Positions 25,091 to 37,127 of a stretch of 64,000 nucleotides of DNA are shown in pieces. The position numbers and the translations under genes are program-made. Under the pieces are notes generated by a model. The model was not told the origin of the DNA, did not search any database, and saw only the letters and a list, made by a program, of their open reading frames with translations. The first letter of the stretch is position 1; the number at the start of each line of letters is the position of its first letter. The stretch comes from Phoronis australis. Taxonomy: Eukaryota; Animalia; Phoronida. The stretch is taken from NCBI GenBank assembly GCA_002633005.1, contig NMRA01000020.1:1459650-1523649 (forward strand), in the 5' to 3' direction.

Positions 25091-27880
25091 GTAAGTTGCT
25101 TTGGCGATTCATCTGACCAACTGTCTGAAAAAACCGCTTAGGCTACGCAGCCGACAATCCCCAAAGGGGCCATGGTAAGATTGTTATTTCGCTGATCACC
25201 AGTCCCCATGACATGTTCTCTCGTACCTGTTCCCCAAATGATATTCTCTTTCCCTATGTCCCGATGTTTTCCCTTACGGATGTTCCCCCGCCCCACCCTA
25301 TATTCCCCCGTCCGATGTTCCCCTGCCTGGTTCATTTAATTCCAATTTCTGCATTTAAAGGGTGATATTTTGGTTCGAACATCGGGACAAGTAACGAAGC
25401 CTCGCAGGGATGGGGGAACGTTAATTGGGATGAGGAAATGATGGAGTATAGGGAAACAGCAGTACAGACAAACAAAACTTTCCAGGTGAACCATGGGAGC
25501 TTATTTGGTTTTGTTAAAAGTGTATTCTACCCAATTGGAACAAGCTCCCAGGCCATGGCCGTACCTGGTGTCTGGCCTGACCTTTGATTGTGGTCATTCA
25601 TTGAGGGTGAAATTGAAGGTCTGGCTACAACAGCCATAGCCGGGTAGCTAGCAATTGACGTGTGCGTTATGCAGTCACAGGCGCGCTTGAGAATCTTAAT
25701 TGTGAGATATCTGGCAGATATTTTGTGGGTTGAAAGAATACAATGGACGTCCCTTGGTACATGAGATGTATCAGCTCTGTCTAAAGCCAGTAGCCTTGGT
25801 GCAAAATACGTACTCGTTGCAGCAGCCTCAACAACCTTGGCTAATAACGTCACCCATAAAAAACCAGCTGTAGCTTAACACAAGTTCCGGTAATACTGTT
25901 TTGTAAGCGTTGAAGTCTGTAGTTTGGTAGATGTTAGTCTGTGCTGGATGTTACCCCTGTTCATCTTTTGTTTATAAAGGGCTGGGAGTGATATTGGTCC
26001 TAGATAAAGGGTTATCATTTTGCATTTCATACTCTTCTTTTCAACAAAATCATTTTAATTTCAAACATGTCATTGTCTATGAACTTGTATCTCGTCACAT
26101 TTTGATTAAATATTTTTATGTCACAGTTATGCAATTGACCGCATTATGGAAAAACTTGATATGTCCTGATTATATAACAGACATTGTCTTTTATTGATTC
26201 TTTATTTATGTACGTATGGTACACTTTCCTTAAAGTAGAACAAAAACAATTGCCATTTTTTTAATTTTCAAAACCGAACTGTATCGTTGAAAATATTTAG
26301 GTGTCATTGTTTGTTTGTTAATTGATGGCAGTTGTACAATATAAAGCTTGAGAATGGTTATTTTTTTCGTATTTTGTTGAAAATTCTGTTAAAACAATTT
26401 CTTATTGTTCTGCCATATTGTGTTTAGAAACTTTACCTTAATTTATGTAAATTAGCGAAAATGGCTATAAGTCATTTAAATACATACTAGACACAATCAA
26501 ACACTAATACAGTTGAACTGTGCTATAAACCAGCTTGGATGTGAACATTTCCCCTCAAACTTGGGTTTGTTTGCACCTGGAAGGAATGGTGTGTGATGTC
26601 AGCCATTGCCAACCTATTTGGTAAAAATACGGGTCAGTTTATAAATATTTGTATCTAGTGCTAAACTGTGTCATTTAAGTAAAGGTTATGCACATTACAG
26701 AAGTCCTGGAAAATTAGTTTTTTTTTGTTTGCCCAAGTTTTGTACTTGAAACATTGTGCCATATTTGTTGTTATTGCAAAGAAGGTCAAGAGTGCCTGTG
26801 CAGCTTGTACATGAACGATTTCAAATTGCATCACACAGTGCTTAACTGGGGAGACAACTGCTTCAATTCATCTGAGCAAATGTAGCCTTCTTTTGCTAAA
26901 AATGAGTATTTTAGAAAGTGAGCACAGCTATGGGGGGATGTAGTTGTAGTATGGATTTGCTAAAATAGAGAGGGCAATGATATCCGTTAAATACAGTATT
27001 GCCAAGGCCTACGGACTACATGGCATCATATAAATACGCTAACACACACATCCAAATCAAATGTTTTGTTTTAACTCAAGACATCTGTTTATTTAAACAG
27101 AATGTTGGTATGTGTGTGTTTATTGCAAATTAATTATGATATGGATTCTTGCCAAAGGTTGTTATCTATTTTCTTTTTGCCTGAAAACCAGGATTAAGTG
27201 AATTGATCTTATTTAACAGCTGTATATTGTATACCAAAGTCTCTGAACTAGCACTCATTGATTTGTTATTGAAACACATATTGCAATAAACTAAATCATG
27301 TAAACCGATTGAGTTTGTGGTGCAAATTTAGTCTGTGTTTGCTTATGATTTAAACCAGCATAAACCTGCCACCCTCATTAGATTTAGATCACTTTCTGCT
27401 GAAAAATTAGTCTCAATTTGCTCCTTATTCAGATGAGTAATGTGAAGAGCTGATAGTTGGTTAGTGCAATAACACACCGTGACAACTTAACGCAATCTGA
27501 TCTCATGCAATAACAGATTTTTGGCTCTTCATGCACTCGGGAATAGTCTCTCAAATGTGTAGGGTACAATTTTAAGGCCAGATTTATAACAGTAACTACA
27601 CTAAATCAAAAGTCATTTTTTGCTGAAGCTAGGTGTTTGTTTACTCGCTTTAAATTATGACGGGCAGAAAGTGGAGAAAATGATCGCTTTGTAAAGTGAA
27701 AGAGAATTACAGAAATTTTTTATGTTCAGCCAAATGCTAGATCCTGAGATTACTTAGATGTTATTTTTGCAAAGATTTGAAACAGATGAATTTTAAGAAT
27801 TTCGGAAGCAGGAAGTTGACAACACATTAGTAATTTATCACTAATGTTCAGTGTGTCTGGCTTTGATTAAGTCTTCCTTT

Positions 27881-27940
27881 AGTCCCTCCACACAGAACAA
27901 CTTGCACTAGAACAACTTACCCCTCTTTTAAGTGGAGCGT

Positions 27941-27986
<46 letters not shown>

Positions 27987-27987
27987 C
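27881..27987 (+). repeat. Dispersed-repeat fragment ending in a (CA)~21 microsatellite (27942-27984)
   Basis: tagaacaacttacccctcttttaagtggagcgtcc(ac)n resembles 30157-30215 (tagaacaa...cccacttttaagtggagtgtctacacacac). Related sequence lies at 30389-30543. Confidence 0.8.
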
Positions 27988-28270
27988 AGATAACTAGAGT
28001 AATGCAACAGTCTAAATAGAAGTATGTGATGCCAAATAACCGATAATCGGCAATGTGGGGGTGAAATTCAGCAACCAGCTCATGAGAAAATTATGCAGAA
28101 TTTTTCAATCCTGTTTTGAGATTTCAGTGCGTTAAACAACGTTGGGTGTTGTCTTGACAATATATTAAGGCAGGTGGTATAAATTTGTTGAAATGTGTTG
28201 CGAAAAAAATGCAATAGTCATTGGAGAATGGATCAGGTGATAAGTGTCAGTTGTGCTTGTGTCAAGGAAG

Positions 28271-28323
28271 TGCATATTGCATAGTGCATAGTGAATATTG
28301 CATAGTGCATAGTGCATATTGCA
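28271..28323. repeat. 7-bp tandem repeat
   Basis: (tgcatag/tgcatat) x~7. Confidence 0.85.
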
Positions 28324-30860
28324 ATGGAGTGTAGGGATCAGACCTCTGCATTATGACATGTACATCTTATTATATCCTGTCCAACTTTTTGTTTGAAAAC
28401 ACATCTCTGGCAGCTTGGTTGATAACTTGATATGCATGCGTTTGTCTACTGGATTGGTTTTAAAAAGTGGATTCTGAATGACTGTGTGCTTCATACAGCA
28501 ACAGCTAATGTTACCTTGTTACCTTTGGTTGTATTCCCATGAGCTTGGTGTTGGGGAACTCTAAAAGCGAGACGTGCTTATACCTGTTTGGGCTTATGTC
28601 GGACATTCAAATAGTACGGTAGTCTGTGGTTATGTATTGGACTTTCTGTATAAAAATCCGTTTGTGTGCCTATTCCCTGAATGCATTTTGTCAATATCTG
28701 CTTTTCAGGCTTGCACTGATATTGCATGTTTGAAATGTGTTTGGCTGTGGCTGGCTTGGACAAAGTGTGTGACCTTATACTTGAGCAGATATCTATTCAT
28801 GTAGTAGAATGACATAACAAGTAAAAACAGCAGGCTAATACCTTGGGGGGGAACCCTTATGATAACAGAAAGTCAGTAATTAAAAATTCACACGTTTTGT
28901 GTTGATATATTCCAACACCTTGACTTGTTAACTTTATCATTCATGCCTTGCTGAGCAAATACTGTAAATCCAGTTAACAGATTCAGTTGACTGGTGTGGG
29001 TATAATTGACTTAAAATATTTATGTTGTCAGACTCTATACATTAGATAGGATGATAGTCCAGTAGTGTACTTGACTGAGTTGTGCTGAGTTTGTAGTCAT
29101 GGTGAGACCCTAGCAAGATATACCACAGAAAGAGAGTAGACAATTGAGCAGTTGATTACACCAACCAATAGACTCTTCAGCAGGTGCAGATACCAAGTGG
29201 CCAGTCAGGTATTTGAACTTTTTGTTTACAAGTTCTTGGATAGTGTCACTTAGTTTAAGACAATTTAGCTTTAATATTTACTAAAAGTCATCTTTTTAGT
29301 GTGTATCATTTCTTTGCAGTCGAGATTTGTCAAATAGAAATTGTTATTTTAAATTTGTTTGTATTCAGCTATAAAAAGAAATTTTAGTTGATTATTTGAC
29401 ATCAAAATTTATAAAATTGTGAACAAAATTTTATTGATAGAGTTATTACATAATTTTCAAACCTTGAATCTTAGAGAAGCCTGTACGTGACAACAGATCG
29501 TCAAAGTTTCCATTTCAAACAAGTAATCTGTTAATGTATAATCCCACGACTAAGCGCATGCCCATGTATATCTAGAATAATGTAGTTTTTCGACAAGAGT
29601 TTTCAAAAAATGTCCTGCATATAGGCGCTTGCGACTAAGTTAAACAATTAGGCTTGTGTTATGGTCCAATTCTAGGTACACCTTGATTTTAAAAAATACA
29701 TTACTGATACATTTTGGTTCACACACCAGGTGGTGTCTGACAGTCCGGTCAAACAAAGCGGTGAGAGTAATGGCTAAATACGAAAACTTTAGTTTTACAA
29801 TACATAGCAATATTTTTAAGAAAGCCTTTAGCTTTGATTATTGGAAAAATAACATTCGGTTCTGACCCAAGTGTCTCGCTTATAGGCAGGCATGTGTGCC
29901 CAAGTTCCTCAATTAGGCCCATGCTCTCAACTGTGTTTACTTTCATGCCAGACATCCTTAATCTTTTCACAAATTTCTACAGCCAAATGGATCAGTGATC
30001 ACCCATAAAGATTATTAGTTGATTGAAATATTGGTCCCAATTAGATTAGTGCCACCACTACTCTGGCTAATGCTAACCTTGACAACTGATTAGTGGAGCT
30101 TAGATTACAAATTCACTTTGTCCATATATTTGTTCCTTTCTACACACAGCCTACCTTAGAACAATTTGCAACAGAGCACCTTGCCCCACTTTTAAGTGGA
30201 GTGTCTACACACACATATCCCATAACTGGGATATGTGGAAATTGTGGTTCTGTACATGACAATGAACAGCTGATGCCATAAAGGCAAACAAAAGAAAACC
30301 TGTCTGTTATGTAACTGCATCTGATAATTACTTCTGCCTTGCCCCAGGTTTGTGGCCAAGCAACCATTAGAAGTGGCGTAATTTACCCTAGAACAAGTTA
30401 CTCTACCTCTATAAGGTGAAGTAAGCTGTCACAAGTGGGGTAAGTTGCACTAGTTTAAACAGTGTCCGCACATCACTCAAACCTAGCGACAACTCATTCC
30501 AGGAGTAACTTGTTCCAGGGTGAGTATGTGTGCAGATGGCACTGTTCACGTATTAGTTGCTGTGAACTCCTTTTCTACCTGTTCTGGTTTATTTTCTTAG
30601 ATATTAAGTTTCTCTTGATTTCAAGATGTTCAGCTTATAACTTATTTCCATGGCTCCTAGTTTTTACTAAATTCTTATTAAGACAAGATAGTCATTTCGG
30701 CATCATATTGGGTGATGCCCGATTTTTTAATTTTAGCAAGATACCATGTGCGGTAACATTTGTCTGTGTACTGTACATACTAAATGTTTAAGTTGTGTGC
30801 TAACCTGAGGCAGTTAAAATCTCTGCATCTGTTGTATTGAACACTTATACTCTGATAATA

Positions 30861-32217
30861 CCGTAATCGTTTGGGTTAACGCCCTGGGCGGTTAAATTGG
30901 CGAACCCAAAAAATCGGGGGTGGGCGGTTAACCAGACATGGGCGCTTAAACGTGAAATTTCAAGAAATCGGGGGGGGGGCGGTTAACTGAACATGGGCGC
31001 TTATTACGACAGGCAACCGCCCTGGGCGGTTAATCTTACCTTATGATCTGAGTCACCACACGTACTAAGCCACATACTGGGATCGCCTAACACTTTGAAA
31101 AGAACTTTATCGCCACCAAGTGCGTACTCTGCGCACTCTAATTAACAAATAGTTTCGAAAATGTAGAGTGTGGTCAAACTCCGAACGCTTGCATAGAAAG
31201 TTTGCTGCATAATATGGCGCCTCAGGTGAGACCGATTATTGCGAATTATGCTCATTATTTCACTATACTTCGCAGACGTTGAACATGTTCACCTGCGTAG
31301 CAGACGGTAGCTGTGCTGTCGTTTTAACCCAGTTGTGGTCACGTGCTGACCCATTTTTCCTGTTTGATCAGTGCACTCCCATAATAAACAACTTAACTGA
31401 CGGTCACGTAGACAAGGACTACCAGCAGTTCCGAATTTCAGTTCAAAATTATTTCGAGATAACAGAATGTACTCCTGGTCTGAATGGTCAAAAAGCATAA
31501 AAATGTATAATCAATCACGAAATCGGGTTCAACTATTCAGTTGCCATGCACTGTGACGAGAGTACTCGAAAGACGGGGATCTCGATAACCCGGCAATTAC
31601 ACTCACCAAAATATAAAGAATTTATCAACTTTTCGCGGTTTATGGGAATTCTTCAAAATCCCGAGAGCTTACAACCTAAAGCGCATTGAGAGGGTTGGCA
31701 AAACCAATGTCACATTTTTCTGACCTGGTTATTTCGAATGCATCTTTTATATAGTGCACTGTAGTCGATAACTCAGTGCGGCAGAGATTGTGGCTGAAAG
31801 TGGAGGTGTAGACGCCAGCGCGGTTCCTAAAGTTTGCGAACGTGAGAAGAAAAGAAAGTGACAAAGTGTTCAAGTATTACATTTTGAAGTTAATCGATGA
31901 CCCGTTACAATAATTTGTTACTGGTATCATAATTCACATTGCTAAACCGCGGTCTCTGAGGCTGTCGTTGCACTCAATTGTATCATCGATCTTAATCTAA
32001 AAGGTCGGGGATTCGCGTTTCCTATTAGCACAGGGCGGTAATCACCAATCGTCAAAAGTAGGGGATGGGCGCTTAACCGAGAGGTGGGCGCTTAATTGGA
32101 AATCTTCAAAAATAGCAGGGGGGTGGTTAACCGAGCAGTGGGCGGTTAAATCGAAAATCCACCTAAAGTAGGGGTGGGCGGTTAACTGAGCATGGGCGTT
32201 AACCCGAACGATTACGG
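30861..32217. mobile_element. Non-autonomous Tc2/pogo-like (Tc1/mariner superfamily) element, 1357 bp
   Basis: TA|CCGTAATCGTTTGGGTTAACGCCC ... GGGCGTTAACCCGAACGATTACGG|TA: 24-bp TIR with one mismatch, TA TSD and CCGTA termini. Sub-terminal GGGCGGTTAA/GGGCGCTTAA motifs are repeated at both ends. Confidence 0.9.
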
Positions 32218-32551
32218 TATTGTGTAGTCTGGCCAAAATGCACTCTTGTGCATTCAATATCCACCTTCCTTGCTCCAGAAACATTTAAATGTTTCATGGA
32301 GCAGCAAAATTTTTATCATTCCACATTCTAAATGGGGATAAATTCTCTTAAAATGTTCCGGCCATGCTTTTTCTTAGTTTTTGAGGTTTTAGTTTACTAA
32401 TATGAAATGAATACCTTAAAATCTAACTTTTAAATAAGCAATTTTTATGCCAAATAGTTGCGATTTTTTATTTTGAAGGGAAATTAGTTATTTCCAAGTT
32501 TCCCGCCATCTGGACAAAGCTTACATTTGATGTATTTTTATTTCGCTTTAA

Positions 32552-33052
32552 GGTTCTGTAGGACCTTATTTACAGGTCTGTATATTTATCCAAATATGTA
32601 CAAAACTGTTGATTTTATCTGTGAGAAGTATATATTTTCTGAAAGCAGAAAACCTTTAGAATTTGATTGTTGACTTTTTACCAATCTTTTATTAATTGTG
32701 TCATGTGACCATGTCTTGTTAGTAAAATTCAGAAAATAGAGAAAATACATCAATAACAAAACAACGGTATCAATAACATGATCGAATTTTTGTGGAAATA
32801 AAATTTTAAGATGAGATCTCAAAAACAATTATCCAAATATTTTATTTTCATTTTATGCAACTTTGAATTTTTTCCTATTTTCAGTAGCCCCTCATGCAAA
32901 AGTGGAACATTTTCAAAACAATTCTCAACAGAGTTTTTGAGAACAGTGCGTTAAGTGTGATATTATCCAAAAGTTTCATGTAAATCTGATCAGATCTTTT
33001 TAAGATATGATATTCAGAAGTTAGGCAGATTTGGACATTTTACTACATAACC
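32552..33052 (-). mobile_element. TTAA-flanked MITE (Kolobok-like), 501 bp
   Basis: TTAA|GGTTCTGTAG ... CTACATAACC|TTAA, with a homologous inverted copy at 20308-20836. Confidence 0.7.
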
Positions 33053-33584
33053 TTAACACGATGATGAGTGTGTGCCAAAAACTTGATCAGAGATTGCAAA
33101 CTTGGTGTTAAAATGATGCTTTTTGAAGTGTTAATTTACAATTCTGTTTTGCTTTAATGGCAATTAGTGCATACCAAGTTATGCTCACACGGATGTTTAG
33201 TTTTGAACTCTAAGTATGGTATCATTGCATGTTTGTTTTGGTATTCTGAAAAATCTTTCTAAGTCTAGTATAAGTTTTCTATTGATTTAATCAAGTAGGT
33301 ATTATTACCAACCCCCCTCATCAGTCACTACCATGAATGGGCTTCAAGTTGATGCTTGACCATGTCACTGACATGTGTCTCGTTAAGTGTTGGGTACAGG
33401 CTGCTACCGGAAATTAACATATGAAGCAAATCTGTGTATTCATTATATGTGACGTTTCATTTTTAGACTAATCACATTGCCACCTGTCACCTTCGATAAC
33501 CTGTGCGGTGATTGTTTCAGATCAATATTCAGTTAAGCCCCAGTTATAATGCAGTCGTGTATCCAAAGGGGTTAGGGTGTCCTG

Positions 33585-34006
33585 TGCCCAGCTGCATGAA
33601 ACAGTCCCAAATAGGGACTCAACTAAGTTCCCTTAGTCTTTTTCATATTTGTTTCGTTCTTTATGTCCAGATGTAATCTTTTCTATCATTATATACTTAT
33701 TATGAGCTCTTCTTTGACTAGTGGCATTTTATAATTATATAACTAAAAACTGAGCCCTGAATTCAGTTAAAACAATATAGGGACTTGGTCCTTAAATTAG
33801 GAGCATTGCATGAAAAGATCCCTTCTTATTTTCAATAATATTGAGAATTAAAGGTAGAACGCATTCTCGATTTGTATCAAAACTAAACATTGAGACTTAA
33901 ACAGCATAAGACAGGGCAATCAGTGTTTTCACAAGCTCACAAATATGCAAAAGATTTAGGGAACTTAGTTGCGTCCCAATTTGGGACTGTTTCATGCATC
34001 CTGGCA
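33585..34006. mobile_element. PIF/Harbinger-like MITE, 422 bp
   Basis: CTG|TGCCCAGCTGCATGAAACAGTCCCAAATAGGGACTCAACTAAGTTCCCT ... AGGGAACTTAGTTGCGTCCCAATTTGGGACTGTTTCATGCATCCTGGCA|CTG: ~65-bp imperfect TIR with a 3-bp CTG TSD. Confidence 0.85.
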
Positions 34007-34442
34007 CTGACCCCTGTTCATTCAATTTTGCATTGTGATAAGGACAAACAAAAGAACATTGGATCTGGTCTTTACTGTGACTCATGCTCATACTCATACC
34101 GTGACCTGTGCTCACCACATAATTTCTAATCAATGTCAGGTTTTCTTGAAAAGCTGCCCAAAAGTGCTTTTGATAAACTTGAATGCATGATTTGCTAAGT
34201 GACTAGTAAAACATGAGTCTCGCATCATTTTTGCTCATCCCCAGTGGATTTTCTTTGTTGAAAAAGTGAGCAACAAAAAATCACCGAACCACTGACTTTA
34301 TTTTCAAAGGAACAGGCCTGAAAACTGCTCTTTTGGTCTGGAGGAATCTCCATTGTCAGACCTCTTAGACAAAATTGTGGATCCGTGGATGCAATTGTTG
34401 CACTTAATTGACTTCCCTGGTTCCACCAGGTCAACTGTCTAA

Positions 34443-34828
34443 AGGCCTTTTCAAATTGGCTTAACTCCCAACGTTAACTATGAAGTTGCAAACTGCGAAA
34501 TTTAACTAAACCGTTCATACTGGCTTCAATATTTAAGTTTTTTTAAATGTGGCAATTTGGGAACATTTACATGTGCTAATTGACATATAACTTTATTTTT
34601 AATTCGATTGGTGATAATTCGAGCAAAGCGACAGTACCCTTTAATTGTTGACGATAACAGTTGCACCTGGCGAAGTTGACAATTCATACTGCACCGCAGC
34701 GTTGACATTCTGCTATTAAATCCACCTGTTAAGAGCCAGTTAACTTCTATCCAGGACCAAAGTTAACCGTTTATGCTGACCGCAACTCTCCAAAACATCG
34801 ACGCGTCAACGTTAGTATGAAAGGCCCT
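34443..34828 (-). mobile_element. Harbinger-like MITE family A, copy 1 (internally deleted, inverted)
   Basis: Ends AGGCCTTTTCAAA ... AGTATGAAAGGCCCT. Reverse-complement similarity to 34832-35338 and 40328-40833. Confidence 0.8.
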
Positions 34829-34831
34829 TTA

Positions 34832-35338
34832 AAGGCCTTTCATACTAACGTCGACGCGTCGATGGTTTGGGGAGATGCGGTCAGTATGAACTCTTAACTC
34901 CGGTCCTGGATTGCAGTTAAGAGCTCCAGTTAACATCGCAGTTAATAGGTGGATTTAAGAACGCAGCGTCGACACTGCGGTGCAGTATGAATGCTTAACT
35001 CCGGTCCAATCGAAGTTATCGCCATGTGCCACTGTTATCGTCAACAGTTACAGAGTAGTGCCGTCAACTAATAACTACTTATTTTTTGGTTTAATGATAA
35101 CCAATCGATTTAAAAATGAGTTTTATGTCATTTAGCACATTTAAATGTTCCAAATTGTCACATTGAAAAAAATCTTAGCGTGTAGCGCTACCTTGCGATA
35201 ACTTCGATGACGTCAGCGTCACCAACCCTTTACTTCGAAGATCATTAACTACCGAAGCTAGTATGAACGGTCCAGTTAACTGCGCTGTTTACGTTGACGC
35301 TCCGCTCAGACCGGAGTTAAGTCAATATGAAAGGGCCT
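34832..35338 (+). mobile_element. Harbinger-like MITE family A, copy 2, 507 bp
   Basis: TTA|AAGGCCTTTCATACT ... ATATGAAAGGGCCT|TTA: ~15-bp TIR, TTA TSD, repeated internal AGTATGAA motifs. Confidence 0.85.
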
Positions 35339-36986
35339 TTAGACTGATTGAATCTTAGTTGGTTGATCCAGTGGAACCAGCGAAGCCAATCAAATGCAGC
35401 CATTGTAAATTGAACTTGAACTTATGATGAGAAAAATATTAGAAACCTTCCAATGTCTTTAACGTGGCACTAGTTCTGTGTCTACAAATGGAATTGTAGT
35501 TATTCTTCGAAAGGGAATAGCAAGTGACTTGTCTTGTGTTACCTAGATACTACCCAATGGTGAAATACAAATCCCTGATTAAATTAGGGGAGCTTTTTCA
35601 GCCAGCATTAATATTGTTCCCCTGTCCTTATGAATGCAACAGAAAGGGAGGAAAATGACTGAGCAAAAGGTTTGTCTGTTGTTTACACCCGCTTCCATTT
35701 GTCAAACACACTGACCAAATGTTGACAAGTCATTGCATTGCTCAATAGAAATTAATGGAAGAATAAGACTCACACCTGTTGCTGGGCCACTGATATACTT
35801 TTCACTATTGTTTTATCTGAAGTTTAGTGTTTACCCTACACTTCCAAAAAATGTTGGGGACCGTTGGACCGACCTACCAAAATGTTTGGGTCCTTTTCAA
35901 ATTCTTGGTGCTATGTGAGTATAGTCCAGATATCATTGCACTTGCGCACTACAATCGATTGTAAAGAGATGGGGGGGGATTGTATGAGGCCTTCATCTAG
36001 AGGTTGTTCAGGGCGTCCAAATGTGCACCCTAATTCCGAATTAGATGCCATAACTAAGATGCCTTGTTGAGCATTTGGATGCCTAAGTAAAGTAAGCATG
36101 TATATTGTAAGCATTGGTGTTTTGTTTCACCTGCTCTGGACACTGACCTGTCCAGAATCTGCTCTGGACACTGGCCAGTCCAGAATAAAAATGAAGGATA
36201 TAGAAATGATGTAAGATATGTCACTAACGTCATTGTAGAGCCATGTTGCCACGGTAACATACAACACTATGTGGTAACAGGAGTTTGACTTGAGGTCTTA
36301 ATAATGTAGGCATGTGTTATTGGTCACGGATGCCCTGGAGAATTGGGAAACCCATTTTTTGACGCCCTATGTTTGAAATCCTGAGTGGAAATCTTGGAAT
36401 GAATCTCGTGCTGCTTTTTTATCAATGAAAACTACTGGACGATAATCAAGAAATAGAAGAGATGATTGAGTTTTATTGTTCACATTCTGATACACCTATT
36501 GACTCGATACACATTTTTTACTTAGCTTAATTGTCTCATGTGACACAAAAAACGGCCTCCAGTCAACACTCGTAATTATGAATTATGTAATTAGGGCCAG
36601 GGAAACAGTTAATGCTGAAAGATGGATCTTCTATATCACAAGGGATTTGTAATTTTAGTAAAGGTAATACCAAAAACATTAGGTAGATGTTGGTTTACCA
36701 AAGCTGAGAAAGTGTAGTTGATTCGTGACTGTTTTATTTTTGAAATTTATGGCAATTCTTTGCTTATTTAGCACACAACATGGCCGACAAATGAAAATCT
36801 ATTATGTCAAATTTATCTGCAATAAGATTAAGAAAATTTTAATCTATTAGTAGCATGTTTAATGTGTGGAGGTCACAAAACAACTTTTAGTAAACCTTCT
36901 ATCATTTGAACACTCTAAAGTAATCAGCCTTTGAAAAATGGATATTTTGGCAATTATTTTGTGTGAAATGTGTGGAGACTTACCCT

Positions 36987-37127
36987 AGTAATTGTTAATC
37001 AAATTTCTATGTATGTGGTAGGACAAAAACTGAAGTAATTGTTATTCACATGTCTACATGGTAGGACAAGAACTTTAGTAATTGTTATTCAAATGTATTT
37101 CTACATGGTAGGACAAGAATTGAAGTA
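36987..37127. repeat. ~40-bp tandem repeat interrupted by the 37128-38627 element; resumes at 38628-38661
   Basis: Unit similar to agtaattgttattcacatgtctacatggtaggacaagaactt. Confidence 0.85.

Noticed and set aside
25527-25853. 108-aa minus-strand ORF near the putative promoter
   Set aside because: Non-ATG start, no recognisable motif and no convincing splice partners.
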